Shown here piece after piece: positions 15,158 through 16,387 of a stretch of 16,387 nt of DNA (positions are counted from its first letter, which is position 1; each line of letters begins with the position of its first letter). A program made the position numbers and the translations under genes. The notes below the pieces were generated by a model. The model did no database searches. It had not been told where the DNA came from and saw only the letters and a list, made by a program, of their open reading frames with translations. Source of the stretch: a virus (Duplodnaviria > Heunggongvirae > Uroviricota > Caudoviricetes); the IMG/VR virus record IMGVR_UViG_2711768071_000023, one strand, 5' to 3'.

Positions 15158-16387
15158 TTATATTTCTCTGGCTATTGGCAATGTGGTTACGTTTTCATGT
15201 GTTCCCGCCAGTATCCCTAACCGCTCCGTCCACATATCCAGCGCGTCACGTTTCGCATCCAGATAACGGGAATGGTTATAGACTCGTTGCATCCCTGGCA
15301 TCTGATGACCTGTAAGCTGCTCCACGACGTGAGGATCCACGCCTAAATCGTTCAGCATCGTTGTAAAGGTGCGCCGGATGTCATGCAGTGACCAGTGAGG
15401 GTGTTTTAGCCTCCTGTGCGCTAATCTGCCGTACTGCGACACGCTTGTTTCCTGTTTCACTTCCCCCAGCAATAAGCCCGTGTGCCTGTTCTGCTCCACC
15501 AGCTGCGTGACGAACGGCAGTATTGCTTCCGGTATGGGCCGGAATATTGCCACCTTCGTTTTGCTGTGTTCTTTCGGCACGGTCCAGAGCATTTCGGTAA
15601 AATCCCACTCGCTGATCTCCGATAACCTCAGTTCTACCGTCCGGCATCCGAAAACAATCAGGAGGCGGATTAGTGCGACGTAGTAAGGGGAAAATATTTT
15701 TTTGTCCAGTGCCTGCAATAATTCGCCAAGTTCTTTGGTGCTTAAGACACGCTCGCTTATATCCGGTTTTTTCCCAACGTCCGCCACACTCATATCATCA
15801 AGAACGTTGCTGATTGCATAGCGCCGCCTCCGGCAGAACTTAAGCGCCTGTTTGCACGTCTGTAGCAAGAATCCGGCAGTAACAGGCGTTCGCTTTGCCA
15901 CCTGGTCAAAACAGGCCAGCCAGTGCCGTAGCTCGCATTTATCCAGCGGCATAGCACCAATGTGCTGTATTACGTGATTATTAAGGCGCTTTTTCAGGGC
16001 GGCATAATCCACGCGGTTTTCCTTTACGTAAGACTCAAGCCAGTAGGTAAGCGCATCGCCAACCGTTACGGGCTTTAACGCTTTCTGTACGGTGTAATTC
16101 ATCTCATGACGTGGATTTTTCCCCTCAGCAAGCCAAGCGCGACACTGTGCCGCTTTTTCCCTGGCAGCTTTCAGACTCAGATCAGGATAATTTCCCAGCT
16201 TAATCCGTTCCGGTCGTGCTCCCCTTCCCGTTCCGGCCCTGTAGGTGAAATACCAGGTTAAAAGGCCGCTGGTTGAATGCCTGACGCTCAGGTTTCCACC
16301 GTCATTAAGAAAGGCTGTTTTTTGGGCGGGTGTGCCGTTGATTTTCCTCAGCTGTGTATCGCTCAGTTTGTTAAGTGCTCTGCTCAT
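15158..16387 (-). CDS. int: Tyrosine integrase, P4 type (409 aa)
   Basis: ATG is the last three bases of the window; stop TAA at 15158-15160. N-terminal arm-binding-type region (LSDTQLRK..., GLLTWYFTYRAG...) and C-terminal catalytic region with HDIRRT and a tyrosine near the C-terminus. Transcribed inward, so its att site lies beyond 16387. Confidence 0.9.
   Translation of the reverse strand: MSRALNKLSDTQLRKINGTPAQKTAFLNDGGNLSVRHSTSGLLTWYFTYRAGTGRGARPERIKLGNYPDLSLKAAREKAAQCRAWLAEGKNPRHEMNYTVQKALKPVTVGDALTYWLESYVKENRVDYAALKKRLNNHVIQHIGAMPLDKCELRHWLACFDQVAKRTPVTAGFLLQTCKQALKFCRRRRYAISNVLDDMSVADVGKKPDISERVLSTKELGELLQALDKKIFSPYYVALIRLLIVFGCRTVELRLSEISEWDFTEMLWTVPKEHSKTKVAIFRPIPEAILPFVTQLVEQNRHTGLLLGEVKQETSVSQYGRLAHRRLKHPHWSLHDIRRTFTTMLNDLGVDPHVVEQLTGHQMPGMQRVYNHSRYLDAKRDALDMWTERLGILAGTHENVTTLPIAREI

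Noticed and set aside
1462-16387. Insertion sequence or transposase within the island
   Set aside because: No ORF with transposase character and no terminal inverted repeats flanking any block; the only recombinase is the tyrosine integrase.

Overview
The window holds the intact core gene phoQ (1-1461, + strand) followed by about 14.9 kb of a single integrative mobile element that reads almost entirely on the minus strand and ends exactly at the start codon of a P4-type tyrosine integrase (16387). Reading the minus strand from the integrase end: integrase, AlpA-family regulator, a short divergent control region with a plus-strand ribbon-helix-helix regulator candidate, an Icd-like gene plus four small ORFs, a primase-helicase followed by a 9-mer iteron origin, SSB, a ProQ/FinO-domain protein, an intrinsic terminator, then a complete head-building and packaging set (HK97-fold major capsid, prohead protease, portal, gp6-like connector, HNH endonuclease, P27-type small terminase, large terminase, one small terminal ORF). 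I found no tail, baseplate, tape-measure or lysis gene candidates on either strand. Taken together this is the profile of a capsid-forming, P4-like phage satellite (cf-PICI-type island): it encodes its own capsid and terminase and would need a helper phage only for tails. Other notable signals are a TTGT-type motif phased at 10 bp that recurs at four regulatory positions, a candidate cos region between HNH and terS, and a 473-codon minus-strand ORF that is antisense to better-supported plus-strand genes. All protein calls rest on motifs and family resemblance read from the translations; no database search was run. The integrase-proximal attachment site lies outside the window, so the element boundaries cannot be fixed from this sequence alone.
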